From NCBI GenBank assembly GCA_943787795.1, contig CALSNU010000003.1, positions 320,001 to 384,000 of the forward strand: DNA of 64,000 nucleotides, in the 5' to 3' direction. Below, piece by piece: positions 47,814-57,341 of this stretch. Numbering within the stretch: position 1 is the first letter of the stretch; the number at the start of each line of letters is the position of its first letter. The translations under genes and the position numbers were made by a program. The notes beneath the pieces were generated by a model. The model made no database searches, was not told the DNA's origin, and saw only the letters and a list, made by a program, of their open reading frames with translations. The stretch is from an uncultured bacterium. GTDB lineage: Bacteria > Planctomycetota > UBA1135 > GCA-002686595.

Positions 47814-49622
47814 TCAGGCCTTCGGCGGCGTTTGGATCAGCGCGAGGTAGACCGTGCCGGCTCCCGCCTCGGGGCTGTGGTCGCTCGTGAACAGGTCGAG
47901 TCGCCCGTCGTCCATGACGCCGATGGGCGTGGAGTCATCGCCGTGCTCTGCTGAGAAGTCCTCGAGCGTGAACTCCTCGGTGAGGTTGGTCGCCTTGATG
48001 GTCGCCCCCCGGCGGACCTGCACGTCGAGGCTGGCGAGCGAGTGGTCGTCCCCGAGCAGGACCCGGCCCCGGAGGTCCTTGCGAATCTCATCGCCCGCGC
48101 CTTCGGCGGTGGCCGCCTGGAAGACCGCCGCGCGGCCGTAGAGGGACGAGAAGTGGGCGGCCGCCAGGGCATTGACCTCGTCGTTCGCGGTGAGCCCGAT
48201 GAAGCGCCCCGTACCGCCCAGCTGGAGGCCCTCCAGGAAGCTGCTGGAGAGGATCGAGCCGCGCCTGGCCCGGGCTCCGTCCATGCTCGCGGCTCGGACC
48301 GCCGCCCGGTTGGAGTCCACCAGGATCACCTCGATCGCCTGCGCCCGCAGCGCGCGCTCAAGCTCCCGGGCGAACGGGCCCGCGCCTGCGATGAGGGTGC
48401 CCTGGGCGTTCGGGTCGGAGATCCCCAGGCGCCGGGCAATGGGGCCGGCCGTGAGCCCGTAGAACGCGACGGTCCCGATGATGACGATGAAGGCCAGGGG
48501 CGCCATGAGCTCGGCGCCGGGAGCGTCGACCTCCTGGAGGCGGATCGCGAAGAGCGACGACACGGCTGCCGCCACGATCCCGCGGGGCGCGAGCATGGCG
48601 AGGAAGGCTCGTTCGCGGCCGGGCAGCCGCGTCCCCAAGGTGGAGGCGAGGACGCACGCGGGCCGGACGAGGAGGATCAGGGTCGCCACAAAGGCGACGC
48701 CGCGCCAGCCCGTGGCGAGCATGGCGTCCACCTCCACCGTGGCGGCGAGCACGATGAACAGCGTCGAGATCAGGAGCACCCGTAGGTTCTCCTTGAACTC
48801 GACGATGTGATGGACGGAGAGGTCGCTTCGGTTGGCGAGGATGAAGCCCATGAGCGTCACCGCGAGCAGGCCGGACTCGTGGGCGAGGGAGTCCGCGCCC
48901 GCGAAGGCCAAGAGCACGAAGCCGAGGGAGAGCGGGCTCTCCAGCTCGTCAGGGACCAGGTGCTTGCGGAGCGCCAGGCCTAGGATCCAGGCGCCAGCGA
49001 CCCCCACGAGGGTGCCCACCAGGGCGGTGCGGCCCAGGTCGAGGGCGGCGGTGCTCAGGGTGTGGCGTGCCCCTCCCGCGCCCGCGCCCTCGACGACGGC
49101 GTGGAGGACCAGCACGGCGAGGGTGGCGCCGACGACATCGACGACGATGCCCTCCCACTTGGCGATGGGCTCAGCGGGGCCGCGGGGCCGGATCTGCCGC
49201 AGCAGGGGGCCGATGACCGTGGGCCCCGTGACCGTGAGGATCGCCCCGAGGACCAGCGCCGTCTCGATGGGCACACCGGCGACGAGGTGTGCGGCCGCCG
49301 TGGCCAGGCCCCATGTGACCACGACGCCGACGGTCAGGAGACGCGTGATGACCGCCGCGTTCTCCCCCAGCTCCTTCAGCTTGAGCGTGAGGCCGCCCTC
49401 GAAGAGGATGACGGCGACGGCCAGGGAGATCATCGGGTCGAGGGCCGACCCGAAGAGCGCCCGTGGCTCGATGATCTCGAAGCCTGGGCCGAGGGCGAGG
49501 CCGACCACAAGGAGGAGCAGGATGGAGGGCAGTCGAAGGCGCCAGGCCGTCCACTGCGCGGCGACGCCCGCGAAGCCGATGAGCGCGAGGGCGACGAGGG
49601 GGGAGAGGGGCGAGATCGGCAA
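47814..49622 (-). CDS. CPA1 (NhaP-type) cation:proton antiporter with C-terminal TrkA-N/RCK-like domain
   Basis: ILFEGGL, VTGPTVIGP, KWEGIVVD, ESGLLAVT, LAPRGIVAAAVS, then IAGAGP...LVDSN. Confidence 0.9.
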   Translation of the reverse strand: MPISPLSPLVALALIGFAGVAAQWTAWRLRLPSILLLLVVGLALGPGFEIIEPRALFGSALDPMISLAVAVILFEGGLTLKLKELGENAAVITRLLTVGVVVTWGLATAAAHLVAGVPIETALVLGAILTVTGPTVIGPLLRQIRPRGPAEPIAKWEGIVVDVVGATLAVLVLHAVVEGAGAGGARHTLSTAALDLGRTALVGTLVGVAGAWILGLALRKHLVPDELESPLSLGFVLLAFAGADSLAHESGLLAVTLMGFILANRSDLSVHHIVEFKENLRVLLISTLFIVLAATVEVDAMLATGWRGVAFVATLILLVRPACVLASTLGTRLPGRERAFLAMLAPRGIVAAAVSSLFAIRLQEVDAPGAELMAPLAFIVIIGTVAFYGLTAGPIARRLGISDPNAQGTLIAGAGPFARELERALRAQAIEVILVDSNRAAVRAASMDGARARRGSILSSSFLEGLQLGGTGRFIGLTANDEVNALAAAHFSSLYGRAAVFQAATAEGAGDEIRKDLRGRVLLGDDHSLASLDVQVRRGATIKATNLTEEFTLEDFSAEHGDDSTPIGVMDDGRLDLFTSDHSPEAGAGTVYLALIQTPPKA

Positions 49623-49787
49623 GGGGGCTGCTGGGGCAGTGAAGCGGTCGGGAGGGGGCGCTTACGGGGAATCGTAAGACCGCTGTCAGCTCCCGGTCTG
49701 GTGGGCTCGCGCTTGAGCGCCGAGTGTAGGTTGCCCCTGCGACGATTTGGTGTCGCTGTTCCCTCGGTATCCTCCAAACAAGTCTCC

Positions 49788-50405
49788 ATGGTTCGCCTGA
49801 CTCGCTCCCTCCTCGCGCTGTCCCTCGCCACCCCCCTGGCCCTCGTCGCGTTCACCGGCTCGACCTCCGCAGTGCCCGGTGTCACGCCCGCGCCGGCGGC
49901 GGCGACGAGCTACGGAGTAGACATGGGGCACAGCACCCTGATGTTCCGCTGCAAGCACCTCGGTGTGTCGTATCAGTGGGGGCGCTTCGACGCCTTCAGC
50001 GGGTCGTTTACCCTCGCCGAGAAGGGCGCCGAATCCAAGGTCGAGATGGTCATCGACGCGTCCAGCGTCAACTCGAACTCCAAGGGTCGGGACGATCACC
50101 TGCGTGGCCCTGACTTCTTCAACGTGAAGGAGTTTCCGGAGATCACCTTCAGCAGCAAGGCCGTCACTGGGGACGGGGAGCGGTACTCGATCAAGGGGGA
50201 CCTGACCTTCCACGGCGTCACGCGAGAGGTCGAAATGGAGGTGGTCAAGGTTGGCGAGGCCGATACCCGCATGGGGCGCCGCGCAGGCTTCGAAGGTCGC
50301 TTCAAGATTGACCGGACGAAGTTCGGTGTGGAGACCTACAGCGACTCGCTCGGCACAGAGGTCACCATGACCTTCGCTATCGAGGGCATCGCGAAGGACT
50401 CTTGA
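49788..50405 (+). CDS. YceI family polyisoprenoid-binding protein, exported
   Basis: Signal peptide, HSTLMFRCKHLG, GRF, RDDHLRGPDFF, FPEITF, GDLTFHGVT, IDRTKFG. Confidence 0.92.
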   Translation: MVRLTRSLLALSLATPLALVAFTGSTSAVPGVTPAPAAATSYGVDMGHSTLMFRCKHLGVSYQWGRFDAFSGSFTLAEKGAESKVEMVIDASSVNSNSKGRDDHLRGPDFFNVKEFPEITFSSKAVTGDGERYSIKGDLTFHGVTREVEMEVVKVGEADTRMGRRAGFEGRFKIDRTKFGVETYSDSLGTEVTMTFAIEGIAKDS

Positions 50406-51247
50406 TCGACCCGACGCCGGTCCTGGTCGCCTCGGCGGTGGTGCTCGCCGTGCTCGCCGCCGCGCTGGCGACGCGGGGCGACTCCGGGCGGGGACCCTTG
50501 GCGCTCGCGCTCGCGGCGCTGGCGCCGCCGGCGGCCGCCTTCACAACCCTCGCCGTCTTTGGCCGCGCCACGTCGTTCCCCCCGAAGGACTTCCTGGACA
50601 GCGTGCTCGCCGCGGGCGTCGTCGCTGTGCCCCTGGGGCTCATGGTCGGCCTCGGTGGATGGCGAGCGTTGCTGGGGCTGGTGGGGGCCGTCGGGCTCTC
50701 GGTTTGGCTGTTTCTCACCCGGACCGAGAGCCTCCACGAGCGCTATTGGGGTGGTGAGGTCGCAGGGCACGTCACGGTGCTGGTCGGCGGAACGGCGTTG
50801 GCGCTGCTGGCCCGGTGGGCAGCGCCGACGCGGGATCGCGTGACCGAGTGCTCACTGGGGTTCGCGCTCGCGGCGGTCCTCGCCGCTCCCGCTCTGGGCT
50901 GGTCTGGGACGTTGGTCTCGGCGCTGCTCGCCGCGACGATCAGCGCCAGTTCGGGTCTGCCGGGGCTCCTCCTCCTGGTCCGCCCGACGCTGCGGGTCGG
51001 CTACGCGCCGCTCTTTCGGGCGGCGGCGCTCCCGCAGGTGCTCCTGCTTGCCGGTGTCCTCGCCAACGGAGCGCTCTACGCCGAGACCCCCGCCTGGGCC
51101 GCGTTGACCCTCCTCCTGGCGCCGCTGGTTTGCCTCCTTCCCGGCGGCGGGGTCCGCTTCGCTGTCCTGCGGCTAGTGGCCGTGACAGGCGCCTGCGCAG
51201 CAGCGGCCTGGCTCTCGCAGGGGGAGCCCAACCCCTACGGCTACTGA
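50402..51247 (+). CDS. Hypothetical integral membrane protein
   Basis: About 8-9 hydrophobic segments. TTGA overlap with the yceI-like gene. Confidence 0.7.
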   Translation: MIDPTPVLVASAVVLAVLAAALATRGDSGRGPLALALAALAPPAAAFTTLAVFGRATSFPPKDFLDSVLAAGVVAVPLGLMVGLGGWRALLGLVGAVGLSVWLFLTRTESLHERYWGGEVAGHVTVLVGGTALALLARWAAPTRDRVTECSLGFALAAVLAAPALGWSGTLVSALLAATISASSGLPGLLLLVRPTLRVGYAPLFRAAALPQVLLLAGVLANGALYAETPAWAALTLLLAPLVCLLPGGGVRFAVLRLVAVTGACAAAAWLSQGEPNPYGY

Positions 51248-51281
51248 CGCGCCGACGGGCCCTCGCGGGCCCATCGGCGCG
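51248..51281 (-). terminator. Hairpin between convergent genes (candidate terminator)
   Basis: cgcgccga-c-gggccc-tcgc-gggccc-a-tcggcgcg. On the minus strand the mismatch becomes G:U and the loop is GCGA (GNRA). No clear U tract. Confidence 0.5.
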
Positions 51282-51314
51282 GTTGCCCTTGGGGCGTGTC
51301 GCCTCTGGTGGGGG

Positions 51315-52436
51315 CTACTCCGCCTGTCTGGTTCCGCACGAGCCGCAGAAGCGGGCGTCGGCGCCGAGCGCCTCCCCGCAGGAGGTGCAGTGCCTGGAGT
51401 CCGGGGTCACCTTCTGGAGCCCCTCGCCGCAGGCGCTGCAGAACTTGCCGGCGGGGACGCTGCTGGAGCAGCCGCCGCAGATCACCCCGGCCGCAGCTGG
51501 TGCGAGGGTCTCCCCGCCCCGGTTGTCCCGGACCATCATCTGGGCGAGGCCGAAGCCGATGCCCATGCCCGCGCCGCCGAGCATGCCGCTGTTGCCCTCT
51601 CCGCCGCCGGAGCCGCCGGCACCGCCACCGCCCTTGGCCATGCCCTCGCCCGCGCCCATCATCGCCTTGCCGGCGGCGAAGCGCTGGTAGCCGTCGACGC
51701 CGCCCACGGTTCGCAGGTAGGCCGCGTCGCGATAGAGGGTCTTGAGGTTGTCAGCGTCCTCCTCGTCGATGCCGATCACAAAGTTGCCGAGGCGGACGAT
51801 GTCGAGGCCGTAGTCGGCGACGTGGTGGTCCATCTTGGCCAGCACGTCCACCTCGATCTCCTCGGTGTAGGCGCCCGAGGTGACGTCCAGGATGGGCCAC
51901 TTCTGCTTCACGATCAGCTCTGCGATGTTGTCGCGCAGGACCTTGAGGAGCTGCTCCTTGGTCCATGACTTGATCGTCGCCGATCCGGCGCGCCCCATGC
52001 CGACCAGCCCGACGATGAGCCGCTCCGGGTCGGTGACGCGGAAGCTGAACTCGCCGTGGACCATGGTCTCCACGGGGACGCCGGACTTGGGGTCCTCCAC
52101 GTGGCCGATCCGGCCTCCAAACTTCACCCCCGTGTGCTCGCGGGTGTTCACGAAGAAGACCTCGGCGATGAACACGTTGCCGCCCGTGAACGAGTCCACG
52201 AGGTTCGAGAGGAACGGCAGGTTTGATGAGTCCAGGGTGTAGCGGCCGGGCTGCATCACCTCGACCACCTTCCCATCACGGAAGAACACGGCCACCTCGT
52301 CCGACTCCACGGTCAACTGAGACTTCATGGGGATCGTCGAGTCAGGATGCTTCCAGACGACCTGAGCCTTCGTCCCGTCGGGACGGGCGACCATCATCTC
52401 GCCGACGCCGCGCTTGAACCAATCGATCATACCCAT
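51315..52436 (-). CDS. SPFH/Band-7 domain protein with C-terminal double zinc ribbon (YdjI-like)
   Basis: VWKHP, SQLTVESDEVAVFFRDG, PGRYTL, AEVFFVN, HGEFSFRV, GAGMGIGFG, then CGGC..KFCSACG..CTSC..RFCGSCG. Confidence 0.88.
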   Translation of the reverse strand: MGMIDWFKRGVGEMMVARPDGTKAQVVWKHPDSTIPMKSQLTVESDEVAVFFRDGKVVEVMQPGRYTLDSSNLPFLSNLVDSFTGGNVFIAEVFFVNTREHTGVKFGGRIGHVEDPKSGVPVETMVHGEFSFRVTDPERLIVGLVGMGRAGSATIKSWTKEQLLKVLRDNIAELIVKQKWPILDVTSGAYTEEIEVDVLAKMDHHVADYGLDIVRLGNFVIGIDEEDADNLKTLYRDAAYLRTVGGVDGYQRFAAGKAMMGAGEGMAKGGGGAGGSGGGEGNSGMLGGAGMGIGFGLAQMMVRDNRGGETLAPAAAGVICGGCSSSVPAGKFCSACGEGLQKVTPDSRHCTSCGEALGADARFCGSCGTRQAE

Positions 52437-52571
52437 GCTTCTACACCTCTCTGCTGTGCTCTCTTTGGGGGGGGCGAGCCAGTCGCGGCTGTGATCCGTG
52501 ATGACTGAATAGAACTCTTGTGGAAGCGTACGCTGAGTCGTCAAGTTCATTCATCCGGAGCCGCCGATTCC

Positions 52572-53732
52572 ATGGACCCCCTCGATCCCTCCGCCCACGA
52601 CAACTCCTACGAGGAGCGAGTCGATGACAGCGAGCTGTCCATCGAGGAGACGGAGGTGTCGGAGAGGGCCGCCGTGGACCTCTCCTGCGACGAGTGTGGA
52701 GCGCCTGTTTCCTGGAGCCCCGGGGACCGCGCCCTGCGCTGCGGCCACTGTGGGAGCTTGACCGAGGTTGAGGTCGAGGAGGTGGACGTGGAGGAGCGGC
52801 CGCTCTCGGAGGCCGCGGACGCCGCCAGGGGCTTCGGCGTCGACGTCCGGGTGCTGGCCTGCGAGGTGTGTCAGGCGCGGGTCACCTTCGACGGAGCGAC
52901 GATCTCCCGGTCCTGCCCGTTCTGTGGCTCGCCGGGGGTGCTTGACCAGGAGGCCAGCCGTAACGCGCTGCGGCCGGAGTCGCTGATCCCGCTTGAGGTC
53001 GGCAAGGAGCTGGTGGAGAAGAACTTCAAGGCCTGGGCGCGCGGCCTTTGGTTCCGGCCCAATGCGTTGAAGCGGGTCAACGTCGGGAGCGCCGTGGGCG
53101 TCTACGTCCCGGCCTGGGGATTCGATGCGAGGGTTCACGCCCGCTGGACAGCGCAGTCAGGCACCTATTACTGGGTGACCCAGAGTTACACCGTGCGCGT
53201 CAACGGCAGGTCGACGCGACGGACCCGTCGGGTCCGCAAGGTCCGGTGGCGGCCAGCGCGGGGGCAGCGGAGAGACCATCACGACGACGTACTCGTCTTC
53301 GCCTCCAGGGGAGTTGACCGGGACCTTGCCCACGAACTTGGCCCGTACTCCATGGCGGCGCTGGTGCCCTTCTCCTCGGAGTTCCTCGCCGGCTGGCGAG
53401 CTGAGGAGTATCAGATCGACCTGGTGGACGGTTGGGACCTCGGGCGAGAGACGATACGGGTCTTGCAGCGTGCGCTGTGCGCTCAGGATGTCCCCGGGGA
53501 CACGCACCGAAACTTGCGTGTACGCAACGAGTTCTCCGATGTTCGGTGGAAGCTCATGCTCCTTCCCATGTGGAGCGTGACGTACCGGCTGGCGGGGAGG
53601 TCCTACGCGGTCCTTGTGCACGGCGAGACAGGGAGGGTCGCCGGCAAGGCGCCCTACTCCTGGGTCAAGATCGGGCTCGCGGCGCTCGTGGTTCTGGCGG
53701 GGGCGTTGGCAGCCCTCGCGCTCAACCGCTGA
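52572..53732 (+). CDS. Zinc-ribbon membrane-anchored protein (YdjG-like)
   Basis: CDECGA..CGHCGS and CEVC..CPFCG, LRPESLIP, GVYVPAW, LLPMW..Y...VHGETG.V.G..P, C-terminal TM helix. Confidence 0.8.
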   Translation: MDPLDPSAHDNSYEERVDDSELSIEETEVSERAAVDLSCDECGAPVSWSPGDRALRCGHCGSLTEVEVEEVDVEERPLSEAADAARGFGVDVRVLACEVCQARVTFDGATISRSCPFCGSPGVLDQEASRNALRPESLIPLEVGKELVEKNFKAWARGLWFRPNALKRVNVGSAVGVYVPAWGFDARVHARWTAQSGTYYWVTQSYTVRVNGRSTRRTRRVRKVRWRPARGQRRDHHDDVLVFASRGVDRDLAHELGPYSMAALVPFSSEFLAGWRAEEYQIDLVDGWDLGRETIRVLQRALCAQDVPGDTHRNLRVRNEFSDVRWKLMLLPMWSVTYRLAGRSYAVLVHGETGRVAGKAPYSWVKIGLAALVVLAGALAALALNR

Positions 53733-53769
53733 GCGAGCAGCAGCCTCCTCGCCCAGCGCGGATGGAGTC

Positions 53770-54906
53770 TCAGCGAATAGGGGGCTCGGGGAGATGCCGG
53801 ATCAGCGTCTCCTCCAGGCGCCGCAGCTCGGCGGCGGTGTGCTCGCTCGTGACCGCGCAGCGCACCAGGCCGCGGGTTGAGGCGCCGTGATATCGAATCG
53901 CCGGGGCGAAGATCCCCTCCACGTGCAGCGCAGCAGAGAGCCGCCGGGCGTCATCTTCGGACTCCATTTCGATGCGTAGCACGGGCAGGAACGTCCCGGT
54001 GGACCGTAGCCCGACGCGTCGGGCGGTCCGGTGGAGCTGACCGATATTGGCCCGTAGGCGCTCCAGCCGTTCGGGCTCCGCCTCGATCAGATCCAGGCTC
54101 GTGATCGCGGCGGCGCAAAGGGGCGGGGCCAGCGCGGTGGTCCCGGAGAAGCTGGAGGCGTGGCGCCGGACCGCCTCGACGGTCTCTGCGGAGCCTGCGA
54201 TGAACCCGCCGGCGCTGCCAAGTGCCTTGGCGAGGGACCCCGTCAGGATGATGCGCGGGTCGTCGAGCCCGAAGAGCTCCACGACGCCGCGTCCCGTGCG
54301 GCCCACCACGCCCACCCCGTGGCTGTCATCGATCAAGAGGTTGGCGTTGGTTGGCAGGTGCCTCAGGAGCTCCGCGGCGGGTGCCAGGCGGCCGTGCATG
54401 GCGAACGCGCCATCCGTCGCCACCAGGGGCGCCCCGTCCTTGTGGAGGTCGAGCAGGGCCAGCGCATGAGACATGTCTCCCGCCCCGTAGCCAAATGACT
54501 GGAAGCCGGCTGACGATAGAGCGTCGGTGATGCTTGGGTGAACGTCGGCGTCATGGAGCGCGACTCGGTCTGCGTCGTCCGGGAGTTGGCCCGGGGCGTG
54601 GCGGAGCGCCTGCGCTGCTGCGATATCTGCCAGGTAGCCGTCCGTCAGGACCAGTGCCGCCTCGGTCCCGAAGAACTCCGAGAGCCGCTCCTCGAGGCGC
54701 TCATGGAGCTCGAGGTTGCCCGAGGTGTTGCGCGAGGCGAGGCCAGAGACGCCGAAGCGGTCAATGGCCTCGTGGGCCGCCGCGCGGACGTGCGGGTCAT
54801 GGGCGAGGCCGAGGTATCCGCAGCCGTGAAAGCTGAGCAGATCGACGCCGTCCAGCCGGACGCTCGTGGGTCCGGTGGAAGAGAAAGCGGGGACGGCGCG
54901 CTTCAA
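53770..54906 (-). CDS. PLP-dependent alpha-oxoamine synthase family enzyme (BioF/KBL/SPT-like)
   Basis: GYLGLA, ASRNTSG..HERLE, GYLAD, HPSI, IDDSHGVGVVG, GSLAKALGSAGG (PLP Lys). Start (TTG) overlaps the upstream stop. Confidence 0.85.
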   Translation of the reverse strand: MKRAVPAFSSTGPTSVRLDGVDLLSFHGCGYLGLAHDPHVRAAAHEAIDRFGVSGLASRNTSGNLELHERLEERLSEFFGTEAALVLTDGYLADIAAAQALRHAPGQLPDDADRVALHDADVHPSITDALSSAGFQSFGYGAGDMSHALALLDLHKDGAPLVATDGAFAMHGRLAPAAELLRHLPTNANLLIDDSHGVGVVGRTGRGVVELFGLDDPRIILTGSLAKALGSAGGFIAGSAETVEAVRRHASSFSGTTALAPPLCAAAITSLDLIEAEPERLERLRANIGQLHRTARRVGLRSTGTFLPVLRIEMESEDDARRLSAALHVEGIFAPAIRYHGASTRGLVRCAVTSEHTAAELRRLEETLIRHLPEPPIR

Positions 54907-56114
54907 GGGGACACTCCGGTCGGGGCGTCGAGGGCGTAGGCCACGCCGCCGTTGCGGAACCACACCTGTTCCATGTCGTCACGCATGTAGCGCCGCGGGA
55001 CCACGCCCGGCCAGGCGGCGGCGGGATCGTTCACGAGCACCACGCCGCCCAGGCCGAGCCCCGTGATCACCAGCAGGTGCCCCGCCGTCTTCTCGTAGGG
55101 CGCGCCGCGCAGCTCGCCGGGCGCGGCGCGGATGCTCGCGATGAGCGGGCGACCGGCCTTGAGGTAGTCGGCGACAGACTGCCAGGAGGAGAGGCGCACG
55201 AGGCGGCCGGGGACCCCATGGGTGAAGGCCCCCTGCACGGCGCGGTTCCAGTTGCCATAGATGTTGAAGTGGGGGTCGAGGAGGGTGTTCGCCATGGTGC
55301 GCGTGGGGACGCGCCGGCCGTGGAACGCGGCGACCATGGCCACGGACGTCGGGCTGCAGACCCTGTGCCCGATGTCCTCGCCCGCGGCTCTCTGTGTCCT
55401 CGCGGGGACGCTGAGCTGGACCGGGAGCGGCCAGGGCTCGGCGCTCGCCGCCGCGACGCGCTCCTCCAGCAGGCGCTCGTCGGTGAAGGCCACGGAGGCG
55501 CGGACTGCCCCGGGCGGGAGGGGGGAGGGGCCGCAGGCCGTGAACCGCAGCTGGGCGCGGTCCTGGGGCGAGGAGGCCTCCAGAATGTCGACGGCGATGC
55601 GGGCCTCGTCGCAGGCCGTCACGACCTCCGCGGGCCGCTGGGCCACCCCCCAGTCACCGATCAGGAGCCACGGGGTCCAGAGGTCGGAACCCTGGGGCCG
55701 GGTCCGGATCTCCACCTTGAACGGCGCTGCGCTGTCCACGTTCCATGAGGGCAGGCATTGGGTGAAGGCCGTGGAGGCCACGAGCTGCTCGCTGACGAGC
55801 GAGCCATCGGGGTCGAGGGCGAGGGCCGTGACGGGCTGGTGCTCGTGCAGTGGATCCGCGGTCGAGACGTCGATGAGGTCACGGGGGCGGCCGCTCGTCG
55901 TGGCACCCGCCACCGACGCTCCGCCTGCCGAGACTTCGCCCGCCGGGACCTCGCCCCCCGAACCCTCGCCAACTGGAGGCGTTGCCCGGTCATGGGCGAC
56001 CTGGGGCTCCATGTCGGGCCCGCGCCTCGCCACGTCAGCCGGGGTCGCACAGCCGGCGTTGGCCGCCACGGCTACCGCGATCAGCAGGACTCTCCTCGGG
56101 CATTGGACCCTCAT
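54903..56114 (-). CDS. C39-like (papain-fold) cysteine peptidase, probable lipoprotein
   Basis: ANAG-C lipobox-like signal, Q...VCSPTSVAMV (Cys), YGNW, PLIASI, AGHLLVITG (His), VLVNDP (Asp). Confidence 0.85.
   Translation of the reverse strand: MRVQCPRRVLLIAVAVAANAGCATPADVARRGPDMEPQVAHDRATPPVGEGSGGEVPAGEVSAGGASVAGATTSGRPRDLIDVSTADPLHEHQPVTALALDPDGSLVSEQLVASTAFTQCLPSWNVDSAAPFKVEIRTRPQGSDLWTPWLLIGDWGVAQRPAEVVTACDEARIAVDILEASSPQDRAQLRFTACGPSPLPPGAVRASVAFTDERLLEERVAAASAEPWPLPVQLSVPARTQRAAGEDIGHRVCSPTSVAMVAAFHGRRVPTRTMANTLLDPHFNIYGNWNRAVQGAFTHGVPGRLVRLSSWQSVADYLKAGRPLIASIRAAPGELRGAPYEKTAGHLLVITGLGLGGVVLVNDPAAAWPGVVPRRYMRDDMEQVWFRNGGVAYALDAPTGVSP
55911..55955. repeat. Degenerate 15-bp tandem repeat (3 units) in the peptidase linker
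   Basis: caccgacgctccgcc / tgccgagacttcgcc / cgccgggacctcgcc (GEVPA-GEVSA-GGASV on the minus strand). Confidence 0.6.
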
Positions 56115-56178
56115 GCCACCCGTTATACGCTGCTCGGGTGAAGCCGTTCCACCTTGGCCCCCTCGCCCGCCGCGCAGA

Positions 56179-57027
56179 ATGGCGGATCGTGTGACGTCCT
56201 TGTTGTCCATGGCGGAGCCCGCGGCGTGGCTGGCGCTCGACGCCAAGCTGCCCCTCGCGTGGCTCGGAGAGCTGGCGACCGCGATGCCGGCGGTCGGCGC
56301 GATGGTGGGAGGCGCTGTGGCTGGAGGCGCTGTGGCGAAAGGCGCTGTGGCGAAAGGCGCTGTGGCGAAAGGCGCTGTGGCGGAAGGCGCTCTGCTCCGA
56401 GGCTCCCCGCCCGACGCCGACCCGTCCGGAGATGCTTCATTCGGAGCCGTCGCCGACCATGTCGAGGTCCCTCCTTCGGGATGGCGCCTCCACACCAAGC
56501 CCATCGCTCGGCTCCTGGGGGCCTGGGCCCTCCTCGTTCTCGCGATCGGAATGACCCCCGCTGGGGACGAGTGGGCAGAGCTACCGCGTCCGGTCTCGGC
56601 GGGCGCGGTGCTCCTCGGGCTCTTCCTGATCGGCTCCTCCCTGGCCGGGGCGAGCCCCGTCTCGGGTCGGGCGAGGCTCTCGGTTCGCATGCTGGTCTCG
56701 GCGCGTCGAGGGGCTCTGTTGCTGGTGCTCGCGTGGGCCGCGGACGGCGCAGCATCGGGCTGGGGGGTGCTGCGCCCGGCACCTCCCTGGGCGCCAGAGG
56801 TGGCCTCGGCGCTGCTGGATCTCTCGCCACGGACACTCCTGATGGAGAGCGGTGGCGTGGATTGGATGCGGCATCCGTCCGTCTACGAGTCCGCTGGAAC
56901 CGACCGAATCGGTCCGGGATTACGGTCGGTCTACGTCGGGCCGGTTGCAGGGAGCGTCACCCTTTTGGTGGGATGTCTGGCCCTGGCGGCGCGAAGCGCC
57001 GTTTCCCGGCGCCTGGCACGGCCTTGA
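56179..57027 (+). CDS. Hypothetical membrane protein
   Basis: Four hydrophobic segments and a DLSPRTLLMESGGVDWMRHPSVY loop. Start estimated; the upstream part of the track ORF is antisense to the peptidase. Confidence 0.6.
   Translation: MADRVTSLLSMAEPAAWLALDAKLPLAWLGELATAMPAVGAMVGGAVAGGAVAKGAVAKGAVAKGAVAEGALLRGSPPDADPSGDASFGAVADHVEVPPSGWRLHTKPIARLLGAWALLVLAIGMTPAGDEWAELPRPVSAGAVLLGLFLIGSSLAGASPVSGRARLSVRMLVSARRGALLLVLAWAADGAASGWGVLRPAPPWAPEVASALLDLSPRTLLMESGGVDWMRHPSVYESAGTDRIGPGLRSVYVGPVAGSVTLLVGCLALAARSAVSRRLARP
56296..56400. repeat. 15-bp tandem repeat (GAVAK-type; 3 perfect plus 4 degenerate units)
   Basis: ggcgctgtggcgaaa x3 at 56326-56370 with degenerate flanking copies. Confidence 0.9.
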
Positions 57028-57081
57028 TCAGCGGAGACGCCCTCCCGACCGCGGCAAGCCAATCCCGACCTCGACTCGCCT

Positions 57082-57333
57082 ATGACCTCCCGCAAGTTCT
57101 TCTGCACGTTCCCCCAGGAGCTCATCAGCGAGCCTCTGATCTCGCACACCCTCGGGGTCAAGTTCGGGGTCGTCCCCAACATCCGGGCGGCCACCATCTC
57201 CGAGAGCCAGGCTCACGTGGTGGTGGAGATTGAGGGGGAGGCGGACCGGATCGAAGACTCCGTGGTGTACCTCAAGGAGCGCGGCGTTGCGGTGAGGGAG
57301 TTGGCGGAGGGCGAGGAGCCCCCGCGGGTCTGA
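57082..57333 (+). CDS. Stand-alone NIL domain protein
   Basis: TFPQELISEPLIS...VVPNIRAATI...VVEIEG...YLKERGVAV matches the NIL (ACT-like) pattern. Confidence 0.8.
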   Translation: MTSRKFFCTFPQELISEPLISHTLGVKFGVVPNIRAATISESQAHVVVEIEGEADRIEDSVVYLKERGVAVRELAEGEEPPRV

Positions 57334-57341
57334 GGCGGATC

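Noticed and set aside
35882..56114. RiPP/bacteriocin cluster suggested by TldD/PmbA and the C39-like peptidase
   Set aside because: The genes are 16 kb apart, the peptidase is a stand-alone lipoprotein not fused to an ABC transporter, and no precursor, YcaO or radical SAM gene is visible.
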